Shown: one piece after another, positions 60,395 through 64,000 of the stretch
How positions within the stretch are numbered: position 1 is the stretch's first letter
How the letters are laid out: each line of letters begins with the position of its first letter
NCBI GenBank assembly: GCA_050949165.1
Contig: JBMNFF010000001.1
Location: 1,622-65,621 of the forward strand
Length of the DNA stretch: 64,000 bases
Source of the DNA: Bacillota bacterium
Lineage (GTDB): Bacteria > Bacillota > Proteinivoracia > UBA4975
Reading direction: 5' to 3'
Made by a program: the position numbers and the translations under genes
Notes under the pieces: model-generated
The model's input: the letters and a program-made list of their open reading frames with translations, nothing else
The model's database searches: none
What the model was told of the DNA's origin: nothing

Positions 60395-60561
60395 TAATAA
60401 AATGGGGCGGAGTTCGAAGACAAAAAAACGGCCGCTTGCTGTTAGGCCGCACCTGGGATGAAATGCCTGCGCTGAAAACCGGCAATTAGGATACCGGGCG
60501 GGCAGGTTTGTCACGGGAGCGTGCTATTGTATATATGTCAGCACAAAGGGAGGTAGATTGT

Positions 60562-62523
60562 ATGTCCCATCTGAAGATATGGCAGCAAGCTCAGAAAAAG
60601 GTGGAAGAAACCGTTGCCAGAGTGAAGTCATTCCTTGACAGCTTTTCCCGGGAGCGGGAAGAGTTGCAGCAGCGGATTGCCAAATATCGTGAGGACGTAA
60701 AGAATGCGGACAGCAAGGACAGGCAGTTCATGTTGTCCGACCTTTTATGCTGGAAGAAGAGGCCCGCCTGGGCAGACGCATTGAGGATATGAGCACCGGC
60801 CTGTTCAGCCCCTATTTCAGCAAAGTCGTTTCCGATGAGGCTATTTACATATCCAAGTACTTTTCGGACCCAGATCATAACCTGGTCAAATTTACATCGC
60901 CCGTCGCCGTCCTCAGATACAAAGACGTGGAACAAGTTGGCTATGTCAACGGCATAGCCCACAAAATCAAGGAGAAGCAGATTGTAGACATCGAGGAGGG
61001 TACCCTGAGGCGTTTGGAGCACGCCGAGGCCGACACCGTTTTTGTTTACGATTGCAACAGGGTAACCTTTCTCCACAAGCGGCCTGGGGAGCTGCCGGTG
61101 AGCAAGGCCAGTTTGGCCGCCCCGCAGCCGGAGAGCGCTGAGGCGGCCGAGCCCAAGAAATATGTGCTGGGCGAGATTATCGCGAAAATGCGGGAAGAGC
61201 AGGACCGCATCATGCGGGCGCCCTACCAGGGGGTGACCCTGGTCAAGGGGGCAGCAGGTTCCGGCAAGACCAACATTGCCTTCCACCGCATTGTTTACCT
61301 GCTCAGCGAGCATCCCAAGGAGTTCCGGCAACAGGCCATCGCAGTATTTTGTTACAACGTGGCTTTGAAGAAGTATTTGAGCAACATGCTCATCGAGCTG
61401 AATATCCCGCGGGTTCAGGTCTTCAGCATCGACGAGTGGCTTTACTCCATCCTCCGGAAGGTCACCAACATTAGCTGGCTAAATTACGATGAAGATACCT
61501 GGACCAAGATTGTCAAGACGCGCAAAGAAGTCCTGCCGATCTTGGACGTTTTTTACGCTGAGTACAAACCCCAGCTCCTCAAGACGATAACCGTGGAAGA
61601 GGTTGGCGAGGACAGCCTTCTGCGCATCGACGGGCTATGGATTCTCAATTTGCTCTATACCTACCGGCCCTTCTTAGAGCATATCAGCTGGCATGATTCC
61701 GGCGGCCCGGTCCGCTATGAGCCGGGGGAAAGGGTGGACCATTCAGATCAGTTTCTCCTTGCCTGGCTAATTCAGAAGCTGGCTCAAGACAGGAATCTCA
61801 ATGTCTTTGGCTATTACGACCACGTGGTGGTGGATGAGGTCCAGGACCTGATGCCCGTCCAGCTTGCCCTGCTGGACACCCTACACAACAATTCCATGAC
61901 CCTGGTGGGGGATGTGAGTCAAAGGATTTTCGCCCTGGGCGTGGACAGCTGGGACCAGCTCCCCGTTACCATCAATAGCACCTATGAACTTACTATGTGC
62001 CATCGGTCCACCCTGCAGACCCATCCTCTTTGCCAACGAACTGCTGGCAGACAAAGGGGACAATATATATTCAACAAAGGTGGGGAAACAAGGGGAAAAG
62101 CCGTGTCTCTTCAGGGCTGCAAACCGTACCGATGCCCTGGACAAGGTTGTTCAGTATGTAAAGGAAATCAAGGGGCGGGAACCCCTGGCCTCGGTGGCGG
62201 TCCTCAACTTCCGTAACAGGGATTTGAATTGGATTAATGACAACCTCTGGAAAGCGGGCATTGACAGCTACATTGCCACCAAAGGCGACTGGGAGTTTTC
62301 GCCCCGGGTGGCGGTTACCACGTATCACCAGGTCAAGGGTTTGGAATTTGACTACATCTTCATCCTGGGGCTTAACGATTACCAGCAGTTAAAAATCTCC
62401 AACATGGACAAGGTTATCTACACTGCGGTGACCCGGGCCCAGAAGCGGGTGTACATTGCTTATTGGCGGCACCTCCCGGATATCCTCAAAAAAGCGGACC
62501 CGGAGCTATATGTCCGGGTCTGA
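60562..62523 (+). pseudogene. UvrD/HelD-like SF1 helicase with a ~230-aa N-terminal extension; two frameshifts (T4 run ~60745; C3 run ~62010)
   Basis: AAGGGAGG RBS plus the ATG giving MSHLKIWQQ. Frames rejoin as ..FMLSDLL|(F)MLEEEARL.. and ..CHRSTLQT|ILFANELL.. (motif IV NYRST..IL.AAN). Motifs KGAAGSGKT, VVVDEVQDL and YHQVKGLEFDYIFILGL. Same subfamily as the 44527 helicase. Confidence 0.65.
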
Positions 62524-62718
62524 CAAGGGGCCTTTGCAATACTCAATTCTCCTGGCCGGATTTCCTGTTATCAGCACGGCGCCAACGGCCAGGGACAAGC
62601 TGGCAATCGTGAAAGCTGTTACGATTATCAACATTATGTAACATGCAATCTTGTTGGCTACAGAATAATGTACTATTAAACTGACAGAAAGGCTCATCGC
62701 CCCGAAAAAGGCACACAT
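62506..62718 (-). CDS. Possible 70-aa hydrophobic small membrane protein
   Basis: ORF with two predicted TM helices; no RBS was checked. Confidence 0.2.
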   Translation of the reverse strand: MCAFFGAMSLSVSLIVHYSVANKIACYIMLIIVTAFTIASLSLAVGAVLITGNPARRIEYCKGPLSDPDI

Positions 62719-62891
62719 TAAGGACAGTCTTTTTAAGAGCGTTATCCTGTCCGCCTTTCCCTCCCTGTTGAAGCTGTTGCGATTGCAACTATGGAACCCA
62801 GGCGTTCTGGCATAGAATGCTTTTTTACTGTATTATTTGGTTGCGGGCAAGGGTGCTGAGCGCGGCAGGGTATGTTTAAAGGGTAAAACGG

Positions 62892-62922
62892 GATGCTGGA
62901 AAAGCATCCTTGTTTTTTCATC
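62892..62922 (+). terminator. Orphan terminator GGATGCT-GGAAA-AGCATCC followed by TTGTTTTTTC in an intergenic region
   Basis: Seen in the sequence. Confidence 0.45.
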
Positions 62923-63028
62923 TGGCAATAGCAAAGGAATTGGGTGGAATTGCTGGTCATATTTTACAAGGATGTCACGATACTCGTGTAGAATTATTGT
63001 AACAATAATTGTTCGGGGAGGGGGCCCT

Positions 63029-64000
63029 ATGACCAGGAAGTGGAGTGAGAGTCCGTCGTTTTTTCTCAGACAGCCCTGGACTGGCCGCACTGATTTGCTA
63101 ACGGAAAGGGCTGCTGAGCTGGCGAAGGAATGGCTCAGGAGAAAAAAGGGTCCGGTTGTCGCCGGTTCCGAGGCTATAAACACAGCTTTGTGCGCAATTG
63201 AGGAGTTGAAGAAGGTCAATCAGTTCCTGCGCGTTGCCGTAGTTGTACCGAGCCGCCCGTTAGTTCACCAATGGTCGGAAAGAATCCAGGAGTTTTTCGG
63301 CTTCCCCGAAAGGGTAGTGGGCTTAGTTGACGGCGAGCGCAGCGATTTTTACTCCAAGTGGACAAGGATCCTTGTGTGTACTGCTACCCCGGGAATAAAC
63401 CTGCTTGCGGAAAAGTGCGATTCGTTCATTGGCCAAGACTTGCTTCTTATAGGGCATGATTTGAACCACAGTCAGCTTCATGCTTTGCTGGCAGCTCCCC
63501 ATGCTTACAGCCTTATTTTACTGGAGGACGACGCGGCGGTGACTGCGCACGATTACTATGGTTGCGAAGATGAAGATTCTGAACCAGTTGAACCATTAAA
63601 CGAAGAAAGTGCCAGGGCAAGGACAACCGCAACACGATTGCTCGACTGCACCAATTTACAGGACAGCGATGCCTATTTTTCGGCAATGCTCACCAAAGAC
63701 ATGTTAATCGGGGACATTGAGATTAGCGAAGAGGAATTGGACCATCTGGCCAACCTCATTACTGCAGAGTTAAAGAAACCATTTCCGCATATAAAAAGCT
63801 CCTTAAGCATTGCTGTATTTCTGGTATGGGCTGGAATCTTGTATTATCAGGAAGGCAATTATTGGGCCCCAATTTATGAAAAACTGGGCTTGCCATTATC
63901 CAGTAGTAAATGGCAAGCGATTCTCGGCAATGTTTTTTTAGACGTAATCAGAAATAATGGACTCCTGGAGATACGGGATGGGCAAACCTACGTTACCCCA
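63029..64000 (+). CDS. Hypothetical protein, 3'-partial (runs off the window); helicase-core-like fragments (..ILVCTATPG..) but no canonical Walker A
   Basis: GGGAGGGGG RBS plus ATG at 63029. The frame is open to the window end (at least 324 aa) and is absent from the ORF track because no stop codon is reached. Confidence 0.5.
   Translation, partial: MTRKWSESPSFFLRQPWTGRTDLLTERAAELAKEWLRRKKGPVVAGSEAINTALCAIEELKKVNQFLRVAVVVPSRPLVHQWSERIQEFFGFPERVVGLVDGERSDFYSKWTRILVCTATPGINLLAEKCDSFIGQDLLLIGHDLNHSQLHALLAAPHAYSLILLEDDAAVTAHDYYGCEDEDSEPVEPLNEESARARTTATRLLDCTNLQDSDAYFSAMLTKDMLIGDIEISEEELDHLANLITAELKKPFPHIKSSLSIAVFLVWAGILYYQEGNYWAPIYEKLGLPLSSSKWQAILGNVFLDVIRNNGLLEIRDGQTYVTP

Noticed and set aside
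1-64000. tRNA, rRNA and CRISPR scan
   Set aside because: No 16S/23S/5S-like conserved blocks and no tRNA T-arm/anticodon-arm consensus were found. No array of direct repeats with unique spacers was seen anywhere in the window.

Overview
The window is a 64-kb stretch of a high-GC, Firmicutes/Clostridia-type chromosome; the organism call is inferred from Gram-positive gene content (LtaS, MurNAc-PTS operon, L-box, YabE, sporulation-type autolysin) and GGAGG-type ribosome-binding sites. About the first 31 kb is GC-rich (my estimate >60%) and reads like core genome. It holds an IS3 transposase tail, a UbiB kinase, a polar amino-acid ABC transporter with a truncated binding-protein gene, and a complete murR-murQ-murP-mupG N-acetylmuramic-acid operon. 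It also holds lysA preceded by a clear lysine (L-box) riboswitch, an Agenet-repeat lipoprotein co-transcribed with a thioredoxin-CcdA fusion, and an LtaS-type sulfatase. Further on come an SH3b-GH73 autolysin operon with a Big_2 surface protein, a MoxR/DUF58/DUF4129 operon, a YabE-like 3D-domain protein, a membrane MORN/ATLF-metalloprotease gene, and an alpha-oxoamine-synthase+SDR pair. From about 31.7 kb the composition drops and the content becomes accessory. This part has lipoproteins, a GNAT, a Big_2/DUF5050 protein, a PucR-controlled M20/DUF917/AroM cluster, a Phd-Uma2 fusion and a second M20 hydrolase. It continues with a zinc permease, IS256 and IS21 insertions, a very low-GC rhomboid+CPBP protease pair, a GmrSD-like type IV restriction gene and paralogous EEP-family nuclease genes. 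It also carries three UvrD-like SF1 helicase genes. The most unusual is an 813-aa protein that fuses an SF1 helicase, an HsdR-N-type PD-(D/E)xK nuclease module and a complete LexA-like S24 self-cleaving domain. At least seven genes are interrupted by +/-1 frameshifts, most at short homopolymer runs. No tRNA, rRNA or CRISPR array was found. Coordinates of small RNA-level features are approximate.
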